Virus record (IMG/VR): IMGVR_UViG_3300033047_000016
Direction: 5' to 3' (one strand)
Origin: a virus
Length of the DNA stretch: 64,000 bases
The first letter of the stretch is position 1, and every line of letters starts with the position of its first letter. The position numbers were made by a program, and so were the translations under genes. Positions 10,162-19,870 of the stretch are shown here, piece by piece. The notes under the pieces are model-generated. The model was not told the DNA's origin. It did no database searches and worked only from the letters and a program-made list of their open reading frames with translations.

Positions 10162-10599
10162 TTAACCGTGGCGGTCGTATGCGATCCAAGAACTGAACGT
10201 TACGGACGGTGTGGTACCGCCGACGGTCAGAGTCAGGCCCATTGCTTCGCGATCAGCGGAAAGCTTTTCAGCCGTGTGCGCGTCGATCTTGATAACATAT
10301 TGGCCAGTGCCGACTGCGGAAACCGCGCCTGCAACAACTGCGCCACCCAAACCGGTCGGGCCAATCTTGACCTCGAACAAGTAGGTTTCGTCGGCGTCTG
10401 CGGTGTCAAGTGCTTCGATAGCAATGACGATTGCATAGCCTTCTGCGCCAAGATGATTCTTCTGGTCGCCTTCGCGAGCATTGACCATCTTGTCCAGAGC
10501 GAATTCACCAATGTCTGCGGTTGCAGTTAGTGCTACCGATCCGGGTGCCCGGAATGCGGTGTCGGCTTCATAAATGTAGCTTACTTCAGAGCGTGCCAT
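10162..10599 (-). CDS. Minor capsid / decoration protein
   Basis: 145 aa directly downstream of the MCP; D.ADETY.FEV motif; CbK-like gene order. Confidence 0.65.
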   Translation of the reverse strand: MARSEVSYIYEADTAFRAPGSVALTATADIGEFALDKMVNAREGDQKNHLGAEGYAIVIAIEALDTADADETYLFEVKIGPTGLGGAVVAGAVSAVGTGQYVIKIDAHTAEKLSADREAMGLTLTVGGTTPSVTFSSWIAYDRHG

Positions 10600-10681
10600 T
10601 TTTTGTATTCTCCTAAATTAGGTCTGTGACCTTCTGAGGGTTTGTGGTGGAGGTTAGCTCAACCGCTAACCCCCAGAGTTA

Positions 10682-11608
10682 TCACTTGACGACTGCTGCG
10701 TTGGCGATGCCACGCAGACGTGATGCAGCGCGACCGTGCATGACAGCCATTCCGACCAGCCATTCGACACGAGTACGGAGGACAGGTGCACTTTGCAGTT
10801 CACCAAGGTCACGTACTTCCATCATGCCGTTTTGCAGGCCAACAACACCTTCGTCGGACATGTTGACACAGTAGATGGACGTTGCAGTAGCGGTTGCGCC
10901 ACCAGCACCAACTTCGTCAAAGGAGACGATCTGGTTACCCTGTGCATCGTAGTCAATGACTACAATTGGCAGGCCATCAAATTGTGTTACACGACGACCG
11001 AATTCGTCCTGTGCGAAGGTGATATAACCACCGATGTTCGGATCAGTTGCGGCTGCGGAAAGCAGGTTACGCATCTTCTTCGACATAATCAGGTGTGTGG
11101 GATCATCCACTTGGTCAATCAGGTCACGCAGATTGCTGATCTTCAGTGCGTCGCCGCCGTCTGTTGCACCGTTTTCCAGAAGCTGGTCGCCTTGGATACG
11201 GATACGCAGGCCGTCAAACTCACGAGGATCGGCGGTGGAGTCACCGTTGATCATCTTTGCGCCGATGGTCAGGGACAATGCCTTGACTTTCTTCAGTTCA
11301 TGTGCACCACGGACATCCTCAGACGTCATTTTCAGCGTTGCCAGATCGACGTCAAGATCGCCACCTGAGATACGCAGACGCTCAGTCTCCGGGTTCATGA
11401 TTCCAGCCGATGCGGTATATCCTTCACCGACACCACGGAATGCTACGCCCGGAAGGCTACCTTCCATGTTGTATACATACGCGCCACCATCCACATTCAG
11501 GAATTGGGTGACTCGCAGCAGGTCGCTCGTGCGAGCGAAATGCTCAATAACAGTGTTCCGCAGAACTTCGCCTGAGTTGAGCTTAGAGGCTTCAAACAGA
11601 GTAATCAC
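10682..11608 (-). CDS. Major capsid protein (CbK-like)
   Basis: MITLFEASKL...LPGVAFR...NGDS..DPREFDGL...RTRVEW.VG.AV.H.RAA.RL.GI. Confidence 0.9.
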   Translation of the reverse strand: MITLFEASKLNSGEVLRNTVIEHFARTSDLLRVTQFLNVDGGAYVYNMEGSLPGVAFRGVGEGYTASAGIMNPETERLRISGGDLDVDLATLKMTSEDVRGAHELKKVKALSLTIGAKMINGDSTADPREFDGLRIRIQGDQLLENGATDGGDALKISNLRDLIDQVDDPTHLIMSKKMRNLLSAAATDPNIGGYITFAQDEFGRRVTQFDGLPIVVIDYDAQGNQIVSFDEVGAGGATATATSIYCVNMSDEGVVGLQNGMMEVRDLGELQSAPVLRTRVEWLVGMAVMHGRAASRLRGIANAAVVK

Positions 11609-11793
11609 TTTCGTGTCTCCTACTTTACGGTTTGCTTTACTTCAAATTTTGGTACGGGCAGTGAAGCTGGCTCACCGAGCCTTTATTACCCTCCAACTCA
11701 GCCCAATTAAGTTGAAGGCATTTTAACTAAGAGGCTACTCCGTAATCTCTAGTTATTCGCGGGGCTGTAGGCGTTTCCGCCTACAACGTTAAT

Positions 11794-12597
11794 TCATGTG
11801 AGGCCGTTTGCGCGGGCGTATTTCATACGTTCCGCTGGCTTCATTTTGTCCAACTCAGCGGCGGACAAACGTCCGGTGCTGGTATCAGAACTGCCGGATG
11901 ATCCACCACCCTTGGCACCTTTAAACAGATAGGCGTGCGTCTCACGTTGCTCAAGCAGCCATTCCTTGATCGACTTAGGTGTTACACCATCCGATCCGTA
12001 AATAACTGTGCCGTCGCTATGCTTCGGCGTAAGCTTCCCATCATCACCAACTCTAAAGGTCGTCAACGCGTTCGGCATAAGCATCGTAACCGCGTTTTCG
12101 ATCATCGCTACGTCCGGGTCAGCGGATGCGATGCGGACTGCATTCTCAACCAGCATGGAGTCTGCCCGTGCTTCGGCTTTGTTCCGTGCCGTCTTGTGGG
12201 CGTCACGATCCTTGGCCATGGTTGCCAACTGGTCTTTCATGTTGTTGGTTACCTCAGTGACGCGCGCCGCAGCCGCTTCTTCAAGGGAGGTTTCCTCAAC
12301 CAGTTTGCCGTCCGATACCTTCTTACTGGTATCGCGCAATGCTTCGAGCGTCTTAGCAAAGTCAGACAGCTTGCCTTCTTCAAGGTCAGGTAGCTGAACG
12401 CCGGTGACGCCCTCGTATTGTGCAATTGCCGCTTGAAGAACGTCACGCTCTTTCGTCACAGCAATGTTGTTGTCGCGAAATTCTTTAATCTTTCCAGAAG
12501 CAGTAACCGAAACTACATACTTACCTTCTTCTTCTTTCGCGGCATCTTGAAGGTCGTCCGGGACCTCCGAAAGACTATCATAAGTGAGTGTTGCCAT
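11794..12597 (-). CDS. Capsid scaffold protein
   Basis: Coiled-coil, EFRDNNI, HAYLF..AKGGGS; immediately upstream of the MCP. Confidence 0.75.
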   Translation of the reverse strand: MATLTYDSLSEVPDDLQDAAKEEEGKYVVSVTASGKIKEFRDNNIAVTKERDVLQAAIAQYEGVTGVQLPDLEEGKLSDFAKTLEALRDTSKKVSDGKLVEETSLEEAAAARVTEVTNNMKDQLATMAKDRDAHKTARNKAEARADSMLVENAVRIASADPDVAMIENAVTMLMPNALTTFRVGDDGKLTPKHSDGTVIYGSDGVTPKSIKEWLLEQRETHAYLFKGAKGGGSSGSSDTSTGRLSAAELDKMKPAERMKYARANGLT

Positions 12598-12805
12598 CTT
12601 TATCTACACACCACCCCGTGGCGCGCCCTTCTTAAGTTAACCTCGACACCGTCGGGGGTGAGAACGGGGAGTTCCCTACTGTGCCAATTCGTATACTAAA
12701 TGTCACAAGACACGCATCGTTTTTGGCGTTGATAGTTGAATGTTTAACCCATTGTGCTAAAAATGTCAAGGTCAAGCGTAAAAACGGGTCACATACAATT
12801 TTTAT

Positions 12806-13033
12806 TTAAAGTGTCTCTGGATCGTCGAAAAATCGTTCTGGATCATTGTCGTCACCAAAATGGGCAGCTTTAACTACTTCCGCCGCACTGACCCCAACCA
12901 AGTTTTTCAATTCTTCGAATGTTACTTGGCCATTTGCAAACTCCGCTACGGCGTCCAGCGCATCCGCGTCTAGCTCGTCAAAGTCTGCAAAGTCTTGATT
13001 TATACCACTAATTATTTTCATGACGTGGTGCAC
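12806..13033 (-). CDS. Small acidic hypothetical protein
   Basis: 75-aa ORF in operon after portal. Confidence 0.5.
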   Translation of the reverse strand: MHHVMKIISGINQDFADFDELDADALDAVAEFANGQVTFEELKNLVGVSAAEVVKAAHFGDDNDPERFFDDPETL

Positions 13034-13275
13034 ATAATGGGACCTAATCCCGTTGGGCAGTCATGTCGATTACAACTGTACGACATGGACCCTTTCAATT
13101 CTATCCCACACTTTGGGCATGTTGGTGAATTCAGCATCGGTGGTGCTGGATATGTTGGTGCCGGATAAAAATCGTCTCGTGGGTGCTCTAAATAATTATT
13201 ATGCTTCCGCTGCACCGCAACCAGTTCTTCTAATAGTTCTTCTATGCGCCGTAGCCTATCTGAAAGCTTACTCAT
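13018..13275 (-). CDS. Hypothetical protein with CxxC...Cx4C zinc motif
   Basis: CPKCG...YSCNRHDCP; start overlaps the portal stop. Confidence 0.55.
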   Translation of the reverse strand: MSKLSDRLRRIEELLEELVAVQRKHNNYLEHPRDDFYPAPTYPAPPMLNSPTCPKCGIELKGSMSYSCNRHDCPTGLGPIMCTTS

Positions 13276-14950
13276 CGTCGTCGGTCTCATCATCATCATC
13301 AGACGATTTCATTTCCGCGTCAATTTGCTTGGTCAGCGCACGGGCATCTTTAGTCTGCTGTTGTACTCCCGGCGTGCTTGGTTCACCCGGAGACGCTTTG
13401 ACGTCTTCGGAGGCCATACCAAACTCAGCCCGCATCAAGCGGAATTCGTGGAAGGCGTCTGCATCTGGGAAATTCTTCATTCTCGCCAGAACATCTACCA
13501 TGTTGGGGAATTGATTCGACTGCTTCAGGAGGCTCTTATATTCTTCCTCATCCATCCATTCTGGAATTACTTCCGCGCGACTTAGATAATCGTAGACAAC
13601 GTCCACGGGAATAATGCCATCCATATACATTTGGTGGATGGCGCGGAATTCTCTCGCGCCAGCGTCTTTGATTAAGAAGTCACGGTTCAATTCAAATGTT
13701 ATTGCTTTGATGGTAGATTTAGACGCGTTGCTCCAATCCGCCCACCACTGCAATATTTCGGTCACGGCCTCATCAACAGTATCCGCAATATTGAGCAACA
13801 GTGTTTGCTCGTTGCGCTCTTGCATCACAAGGGAGTTATCTGATTCGGCTGCGCCACGTGATGATCCGGGCATCATGCGTCCACCGATGGATGCAATCTG
13901 ACCTTCTTTTGATCGCAGGATATTTTCCAAATGTTGTAGCCCGCGCCCGTTAAATTCTAGCAGCTTGGCTTCTTCATCTTTATCCAATATCCACACGACA
14001 TCAGGGCCGACCTCATAGTTGCCTTGATCTTGTGAACTATCATTTTGCACGACAAAGATCGGACTACCTGTGTAAAACAGAGCCTGCTCTAACTGTGCAT
14101 AAGACATGTAGTGGGAAAAGTTTAATGTGGCAATATCCAAGATCGGCGGCTTCTGCACGTCTGGATAATTTGTGAACGGGCCAATTATCTTGAATGGAAT
14201 GTAATCGAGCGTCTTACCGCGCACGGTAGGCGTGACTATTAGGTCTGGTGCTGCATCAATATCTGGGATCGCTGCGGCGTTATCGGATTCGGAATACACG
14301 AATTGGCTATAAACCAGATCACCACTAGCGTCTTCTTCCAACGTCAGTACCCGGAACCTAGATTTGAAGTCGTACGGCGACCAGTGACCTTCTCTGGAAT
14401 AGTAAATCTCACGCAGGGTAACCTTCGACAGGACCCACGATCCATTAACCTCTGACATCTGCCAGTCGAGAATATTCTCAGCCGTGTAACACGAAATGTA
14501 TGGGTCTCCGACACCATTAGGATCAGCGTCAACCAACATACCATAGCGACCTACAGCCAAGACTTCCTTTACAGCAGTCTTTGACATTAGGTGGAGGGAC
14601 ATACCCTCTTTCGTGATTCTCTTTGAAGACTCTTTTAGTTTTGGGGTGAACCCAGCTATTTTAGGTAGCCTACGGAATACAGTACCGTACAAGGCATTAA
14701 GTGTCCGCGCGGTCATGTTGTAAAACACAGACCGACGTAAATAAGCTTTGTATTGAGTGGCGTTGTGCGTTGCTTGGCGCGGGAGGTATTTCTCCCCCTT
14801 GCGCTTCACTTCGATTTCACCTATCTCTGCATCGCGAATCATTTCCCAATGTGGGGACCAGTACGCGTAGTCTGGATGCAATACTGGGGATGCGCGATAG
14901 GGAACGGACAACGCCGCCCTAGTGTCTGGATTTGGTACTGAACTACTCAT
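13268..14950 (-). CDS. Portal protein (DUF4055-like)
   Basis: HPDY...W..IRD...G...VK..GEKYLP...Y..YL.R.VFYN, GRYG.LVD, Y.AENI.DW, YIPF motifs. Confidence 0.88.
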   Translation of the reverse strand: MSSSVPNPDTRAALSVPYRASPVLHPDYAYWSPHWEMIRDAEIGEIEVKRKGEKYLPRQATHNATQYKAYLRRSVFYNMTARTLNALYGTVFRRLPKIAGFTPKLKESSKRITKEGMSLHLMSKTAVKEVLAVGRYGMLVDADPNGVGDPYISCYTAENILDWQMSEVNGSWVLSKVTLREIYYSREGHWSPYDFKSRFRVLTLEEDASGDLVYSQFVYSESDNAAAIPDIDAAPDLIVTPTVRGKTLDYIPFKIIGPFTNYPDVQKPPILDIATLNFSHYMSYAQLEQALFYTGSPIFVVQNDSSQDQGNYEVGPDVVWILDKDEEAKLLEFNGRGLQHLENILRSKEGQIASIGGRMMPGSSRGAAESDNSLVMQERNEQTLLLNIADTVDEAVTEILQWWADWSNASKSTIKAITFELNRDFLIKDAGAREFRAIHQMYMDGIIPVDVVYDYLSRAEVIPEWMDEEEYKSLLKQSNQFPNMVDVLARMKNFPDADAFHEFRLMRAEFGMASEDVKASPGEPSTPGVQQQTKDARALTKQIDAEMKSSDDDDETDDDE

Positions 14951-15023
14951 ATGAACACTCTATGGATAAAATACAACATGTCAAGTCAATCACCTAGAAC
15001 GGTCTAAATTATTGACTCAATTA

Positions 15024-15416
15024 TTATACTGTTGGTATGGCGTTCTTCGTATCGCTTGTCACGGAAGCTCCATGACGGTTCACAGCACGAATCTCCACAG
15101 CATAAGAAGTGGTATTCGTCAGCCCAGAAATTGTTATAGGTCCGGTTGCTGTCGCCCCAGACGTCCACGCCCCAGCGTCTACTCTATATTCGATGTCAGC
15201 AATTGCTTCACCACTTGTTGGTAGCTGCGTTACGGTGATGGTAAGATCGCCGTCTGTTACTGGATCGGTCAGCGTCCAGTCACCAATGACAAAAGCTTCT
15301 GAGGGTCCATATACTGGCCCCTTGTACACAGGCTGCGCAAAGATGCCTACAGCAGTGCGTACACTGGCTGGCGGCGCGCCTACGGCGGCGCGCGTAGCCG
15401 AGTACAAGATGCTCAT
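15024..15416 (-). CDS. Fibronectin type III-like domain virion protein
   Basis: IEYRVD.G.W...ITISGLTN.TSY.V.IRAVN..G. Confidence 0.7.
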   Translation of the reverse strand: MSILYSATRAAVGAPPASVRTAVGIFAQPVYKGPVYGPSEAFVIGDWTLTDPVTDGDLTITVTQLPTSGEAIADIEYRVDAGAWTSGATATGPITISGLTNTTSYAVEIRAVNRHGASVTSDTKNAIPTV

Positions 15417-15712
15417 TAGTCGTCCAGACGTGTAGACAGGCGAGCCAGTGCGACACTTACGCTAGGCGTGGTCGATCCAGACATTGTCACGTATACCGTA
15501 CAATCTGGTAGCCAAATAACTTCGCCGGTTGATACCGTGTAGCTGGCTCCGGTGATAGGTGTATCGACTGCCGGTCCAACATTGACCTTCAGTTGTGCTG
15601 TGCCGCCGCCGAAGCTACCGCTTAGCGCGAGGAAGTACTGACCAGATTCTACTGGTACAGCTACAGTGTCGCCATCGGCTACAATGCTTTGTGCAATTAC
15701 TTTAGTTGACAT
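15416..15712 (-). CDS. Small beta-sandwich virion protein (paralog of 20597-20890)
   Basis: Direct alignment with the 20597 protein (G.Y..A..G.F.G.T..K.N.GPA...Y......WLP.CT). Confidence 0.6.
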   Translation of the reverse strand: MSTKVIAQSIVADGDTVAVPVESGQYFLALSGSFGGGTAQLKVNVGPAVDTPITGASYTVSTGEVIWLPDCTVYVTMSGSTTPSVSVALARLSTRLDD

Positions 15713-15801
15713 GGATTCACTCCTATTGAATTCTATGTGCACAATACCACACAGAATCTACCAGCACAAGGCTGTGCGGTCTTTGGGTTCTGAACGTAAT
15801 T

Positions 15802-15873
15802 TGGTCAGGGTATCGGGGATCGAACCCGATCAGCAAGCTTCCAAAGCCCACGCCGTCACCAGAACATACCCTG
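15802..15873 (-). tRNA. trnP: tRNA-Pro(TGG), short D-arm
   Basis: CAGGGTA/TACCCTG acceptor, loop TT-TGG-AA, GTTCGATC, CCA. Confidence 0.75.
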
Positions 15874-15880
15874 TATAAAG

Positions 15881-15955
15881 TGGAGCCTCCAAACGGAATC
15901 GAACCGATTTCTCTGGATTACAAAACCAGCACATCACCATTTATGCTTTGGAGGC
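15881..15955 (-). tRNA. trnT: tRNA-Thr(TGT)
   Basis: Cloverleaf, loop TT-TGT-AA, CCA. Confidence 0.85.
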
Positions 15956-16039
15956 ATTTGTCTGTTACAATAGACACGAAATGGCTTCGTGTCCAGTATA
16001 TAATACATTTGGTGCCAAATTACTCTGACACTTGTGTTG

Positions 16040-16115
16040 TGGTGCTGGCGGTGGGAGTTGAACCCACGACTTCTGCTTTACGAGAGCAGCGCTCTGGCCA
16101 CTGAGCTACACCAGC
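16040..16115 (-). tRNA. trnT: tRNA-Thr(CGT)
   Basis: Canonical cloverleaf, CT-CGT-AA, CCA. Confidence 0.92.
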
Positions 16116-16171
16116 GAGTGCCTGTTACAACGGTCATATAAAGCCTTGTGACCGTTGTAACGGGCATAGTT

Positions 16172-16246
16172 TGGTCTCCCCGGAAGGAATCGAACCCTCG
16201 ATTTTCGGTTTAGAAGACCAAAACCCGATAAACCATCGGCGGAGAG
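16172..16246 (-). tRNA. trnR: tRNA-Arg(TCT), atypical D-arm
   Basis: CT-TCT-AA loop, T-arm GAGGG-TTCGATT-CCTTC, CCA. Confidence 0.8.
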
Positions 16247-16250
16247 ATTA

Positions 16251-16325
16251 TGGCACCCTCGGAAGGAATCGAACCTTCAATTCTCAGCTTAGGAGGCCAA
16301 AACCCGATAGACCATCGGCGAGGGT
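16251..16325 (-). tRNA. trnR: tRNA-Arg(CCT), atypical D-arm
   Basis: CT-CCT-AA loop, CCA; paralog of the previous tRNA. Confidence 0.8.
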
Positions 16326-16456
16326 CAGGAAGACATTACGACACGTTCAATGTCGCAACGGTTGATGCCAATATCGCTAAGTTCGCGCTCTGACATGCGG
16401 TAAAGTTGATCGCGCGCTTTGTTGCGTGCGAGGTAACGGCGGATAGCTGAAAACAT
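16325..16456 (-). CDS. DUF1127 (YjiS-like) small protein, 43 aa
   Basis: Manual translation MFSAIRRYLARNKARDQLYRMSERELSDIGINRCDIERVVMSS behind AAGGAG RBS; L..MS.REL.DIG..R.DI signature. Confidence 0.85.
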   Translation of the reverse strand: MFSAIRRYLARNKARDQLYRMSERELSDIGINRCDIERVVMSS

Positions 16457-16557
16457 TTCGGAAACTCCTTTTGATTGATTTCAAATCGGAGTATACTCTT
16501 ATGCCACACATGCACAACACACACGCAGACATTCCCGTCATGCTTCCACTGCATATG

Positions 16558-16645
16558 TGGCGGAGGGCGGAGGAATCGAACCCCACACGTTTCCGTGCGA
16601 ACCGCTTTCCAAGCGGACCCCGCCGACCAGACAGGATCGCCCTCC
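16558..16645 (-). tRNA. trnS: tRNA-Ser(GGA)
   Basis: TT-GGA-AA, long variable arm, G73-CCA. Confidence 0.88.
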
Positions 16646-16694
16646 ATATGGGCCGCAATACTTACGCATTGTGTAAGCGATAGCGGCCCACTAA

Positions 16695-17201
16695 TCAGTG
16701 CATCGACGGTGTGCTCTTGAACTTTCCACGCACACCGTGGTCTGCCACGTAAGAAGCGGCAAACGCGTCAGGCTTAGTCTTTACCGTACGCCCTGTAACG
16801 CCCCTCAGATAGCCCACTGCCGCGCCGTGTGCGCAGTTAGAGCCGTGCTTTGGGTCGGCGTTGATGTCGAGGTGTACTTCAACCTCGTGCTCCAACAACA
16901 ATTCTTCAAGCTGCTGGTAAGCTTCAGCCGTTTTATAAGCTTCATTCATCATTCGCATAATCGGGCGGTTCATTTTCTGATCGTAGTCGATCATTTTTTC
17001 AGTGTCAGTGAACACCTTACAGCCGTGCCCGATACCGTTCTCGTCAATGTTGTGAATGACTACGGCAGTGGTGTACGACGCATGCCACACGGCTTGTTTG
17101 TCACGATACCTGTTGGAGTCGCAGCCGATGTATACACGAGATTCTGGTGTAGCTTCACTCAGAACTTCTCGGATTCTTTTGACGGTTTTTTCTCTCAACA
17201 T
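16695..17201 (-). CDS. RNase H-like protein (YkuK/DUF458 family)
   Basis: VYIGCDS, RMMNEAYK, EVHLDIN.....GSN, KP.AFAASY.AD. Confidence 0.85.
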   Translation of the reverse strand: MLREKTVKRIREVLSEATPESRVYIGCDSNRYRDKQAVWHASYTTAVVIHNIDENGIGHGCKVFTDTEKMIDYDQKMNRPIMRMMNEAYKTAEAYQQLEELLLEHEVEVHLDINADPKHGSNCAHGAAVGYLRGVTGRTVKTKPDAFAASYVADHGVRGKFKSTPSMH

Positions 17202-17222
17202 GTCGGACTCCTTTCTGTTAAG

Positions 17223-17636
17223 TTACGGATGCAGAGGTAGTTTCAATACTGCCCTGAATGTCAATACTGGATAGTCTGGGCAAAAAACGTACCCACAAGT
17301 TTTAACGGGAATAGCGTGTGTGACGTTACCATCGCGAACCGGATAAGTTGGATCGAGAATTATGTCCGACGGAGCACCCCAAGCTTTTGCTTGTTTTACC
17401 ATATTTACCAATTCGTATTCGCTGTCCACACTAACAACCATTGTCGTGCCGAAGCCTTGCTCCGTCTGGTTGGACCAGTTATGGAACCCCGGAACGTGGT
17501 CACCGGGATTCTCACCAAGACTAGCAACAAATGCGTTGGCAGCGTGCGCCGCTTGCGCCATGCCTTTACCGGGGTTCATTGAATCCATGTCAGTGCGAAT
17601 CAAAATATACAGGATCGGGTTCGGGTCCATGTTCAT
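17223..17636 (-). CDS. pth2: Peptidyl-tRNA hydrolase, Pth2 type
   Basis: YILIRTDM..MNPGK.MAQAAHA, and DPTYP..DG. Confidence 0.85.
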   Translation of the reverse strand: MNMDPNPILYILIRTDMDSMNPGKGMAQAAHAANAFVASLGENPGDHVPGFHNWSNQTEQGFGTTMVVSVDSEYELVNMVKQAKAWGAPSDIILDPTYPVRDGNVTHAIPVKTCGYVFCPDYPVLTFRAVLKLPLHP

Positions 17637-17649
17637 ACTCCTTCGTTGT

Positions 17650-17739
17650 TGGCGGATGGCGGAGGACTTGAACCCCGACCCAATTAAGGGCCAACTCGAT
17701 TAGCAATCGGTTCCGGCGCGCCTGTCCGGTTCACCATCC
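17650..17739 (-). tRNA. trnS: tRNA-Ser(GCT)
   Basis: TT-GCT-AA, long variable arm, CCA. Confidence 0.88.
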
Positions 17740-17840
17740 AATAATATTACCTACTCTTGACACACAGTAAACGGTATGTCAACATCTGCAAGTAAAAAAC
17801 TCACGCCCACGGGAGAACCCTCTAAGTGGTTTCGACAATA

Positions 17841-18095
17841 TCACCAGTACCAATGGTGCGGCTTACGCGCCAATGGCCATGTCATGTTTTCCACATCTTC
17901 GCCGCGTAATACTTTCTGCACCATAAGACGCACTTCCATGCGTTTTGGCCTATGGTGGAAGATGATATCATGGGAGGATGGGGACCCTTGCCACCACTTC
18001 CATTCAAGGTCAGTGCCCGCAAATTTCCTTTTCAAATAATTGCAACTACCCTTGCACGCTAGTACGCGGGAGCGCTTTCTCTTGTGATGTGCCAT
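17841..18095 (-). CDS. Small basic hypothetical protein (MAHHKRKR...KPHHWYW)
   Basis: AAGGAG RBS; very basic and Trp/His-rich. Confidence 0.7.
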   Translation of the reverse strand: MAHHKRKRSRVLACKGSCNYLKRKFAGTDLEWKWWQGSPSSHDIIFHHRPKRMEVRLMVQKVLRGEDVENMTWPLARKPHHWYW

Positions 18096-18144
18096 ATTCG
18101 GTCTCCTTAGTTACCTATAACATGACAAATCTCCTTTTATGTTT

Positions 18145-18219
18145 TGGTGCTGTCGGGGAGAATCGAACTCCCGCTAACCCCCTACCAAAGGGTTGTGCTA
18201 CCATTATCACTACGACAGC
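18145..18219 (-). tRNA. trnT: tRNA-Thr(GGT)
   Basis: TT-GGT-AG, cloverleaf, CCA. Confidence 0.9.
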
Positions 18220-18389
18220 AGGTCTCTTGCGCGGCGCTTACGATCTTCAAGCATTGACAGTGTGTGCTGCCTATCCGCTTCTGGCATTTTCAGCCAATTC
18301 TGTATTTCTGTCAATGTTCGCCCACAAATCTTACAGATGCAAGTTTTAGGGTCGATATGGCAACTAGTGCGGCATGCTGGTTCAAACAT
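18210..18389 (-). CDS. DUF1289-family small Cys-cluster protein
   Basis: C...C.ID.....C..CGRT..EI..W..M...R. Confidence 0.75.
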   Translation of the reverse strand: MFEPACRTSCHIDPKTCICKICGRTLTEIQNWLKMPEADRQHTLSMLEDRKRRARDLLS

Positions 18390-18407
18390 ACTGGTTCCCC
18401 GGTAGTG

Positions 18408-18490
18408 TGGCATCGGTGTGAGGAATCGAACCCCTTACCCACGGCTTTGGAGACCGCTGAGTGGACCACCACCCATTAGGTTACACCGAT
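18408..18490 (-). tRNA. trnW: tRNA-Trp(CCA), enlarged D region
   Basis: CT-CCA-AA loop, ATCGGTG/CACCGAT acceptor, G73-CCA. Confidence 0.78.
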
Positions 18491-18492
18491 AT

Positions 18493-18568
18493 TGGCGCTC
18501 TCGGCAGGACTCGAACCTGCCACCTTACCCTTCGGAGGGGTACGCTCTTCCAGATGAGCTACGAAAGC
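18493..18568 (-). tRNA. trnR: tRNA-Arg(CCG)
   Basis: Canonical, CT-CCG-AA. Confidence 0.92.
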
Positions 18569-18618
18569 ATATTCACACTTTACACCAGTTTGGTTCTAAT
18601 GCAAGCCTCATCGGAGGA

Positions 18619-19380
18619 CTAATCCGTCAAATCTTTTAGACGTTCGCCTAGTGTCCTGTTCCCAACCATCGTTGTCAGCGTAATTGCCTGACGGCGCTTG
18701 CGTGGGTAACGTTCAGCTAGTACCTCGAACGGGTCGCGTTCGATGATGGTCTTCACTTCCACCCGCTGGATAATAGGCTTTGGGTACAACGCCGAAGAAT
18801 GTGTGCGCATCAGGTTCATCTTATCGGGGATTCCTCCGGCAAGATCATACTGGCCATGAATTTTAGCGGCTATCTGCATTTTGCTCCACTCAATACTGTA
18901 CAGCTTGTAACGGTCAATACCGTTGGTCAAGTATACGCGAACTGGGCGTGTGCTATGAATAATGCGCTGCTTCCGCTCCACCAGACATTCAAGCCAATAG
19001 TTGTCCTTCTCCATCAAGTCGGATAGAGACGTCTTTAGTGGGCCAAACCTAAGTGTACGCTCAACCAGTGGGTGCATCTGCTTTATCAGTAAATCCCCGT
19101 CTTCTTTGTCGTTAGTTATTTCCAGAGACGGGCCATCAAAAATTTCGAACCCGTCGCAAGTTACTTGCTTTTCTCTTGCTTCTCCTACGTTTGGAGTATC
19201 TTGATTCATCATCATTTCAGCCAACTCCTTTTCATACTGTTTCAAATCTTTGGGTGCGAAACGCGGGCACGGTCTGCCTTCTTTATTGGTTCCCCACCCG
19301 ACAAAGCGATATGGCTTGCCCTTGGTACAGACGTGTTTGCGAAAAACTCTTGCCATAGCGTTGGGTGGCATTGCTGCCAC
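18619..19380 (-). CDS. Hypothetical protein
   Basis: 253-aa ORF with RBS. Confidence 0.7.
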   Translation of the reverse strand: MAAMPPNAMARVFRKHVCTKGKPYRFVGWGTNKEGRPCPRFAPKDLKQYEKELAEMMMNQDTPNVGEAREKQVTCDGFEIFDGPSLEITNDKEDGDLLIKQMHPLVERTLRFGPLKTSLSDLMEKDNYWLECLVERKQRIIHSTRPVRVYLTNGIDRYKLYSIEWSKMQIAAKIHGQYDLAGGIPDKMNLMRTHSSALYPKPIIQRVEVKTIIERDPFEVLAERYPRKRRQAITLTTMVGNRTLGERLKDLTD

Positions 19381-19389
19381 CCATTTGCC

Positions 19390-19629
19390 TTAGCTTAGCA
19401 CAGCAGCGATGTCTTCTGCCGACAGCCCCGCGCTTTGCAGTTCATCAAGAATGTTCGCGTCGATATCGGCCAAAACCTTTTCCGCCGCTTCCCGGTCGTC
19501 GAGCATCTTGCTGATCTTTCCCTTCAGGGATTCAATCTTCTTCTTGCGCCGCGACGCCTGTACTTGGGACAGAAGCCCCTCGCCTGTTACCTGACTGTTC
19601 TGATCACTCATATCTTTCTCCTTCTCCAT
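19390..19629 (-). CDS. Small coiled-coil hypothetical protein
   Basis: ORF with RBS, downstream of a GANTC-containing promoter-like region. Confidence 0.65.
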   Translation of the reverse strand: MEKEKDMSDQNSQVTGEGLLSQVQASRRKKKIESLKGKISKMLDDREAAEKVLADIDANILDELQSAGLSAEDIAAVLS

Positions 19630-19691
19630 TTGGTTATCATTGTGATAAACACCTAATAGAGTGATTCGGATTCGAATGCAAGAAGAAAGTT

Positions 19692-19767
19692 TGGTGAACC
19701 GGGAGAGATTCGAACTCTCGACGCCGGGGGTAAAAGCCCCGCGCTCTGACCACTGAGCTACCGGTAC
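19692..19767 (-). tRNA. trnK: tRNA-Lys(TTT)
   Basis: CT-TTT-AC, cloverleaf, CCA. Confidence 0.88.
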
Positions 19768-19777
19768 GTGTTGTTTT

Positions 19778-19869
19778 TGGCGGACAGCCGAGGTCTCGAT
19801 CCCCAGACGAGGCTGTCCTCGCCCGATCCGCTTTCAAGGCGGTCCCCGGCCCCGCCGAGTTGACTGTCC
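19778..19869 (-). tRNA. trnS: tRNA-Ser(TGA)
   Basis: CT-TGA-AA, long variable arm, G73-CCA. Confidence 0.85.
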
Positions 19870-19870
19870 A

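Noticed and set aside
450-14941. Many plus-strand ORFs of 60-230 aa over the structural genes
   Set aside because: Antisense shadows of well-supported minus-strand genes; no RBS or motifs.
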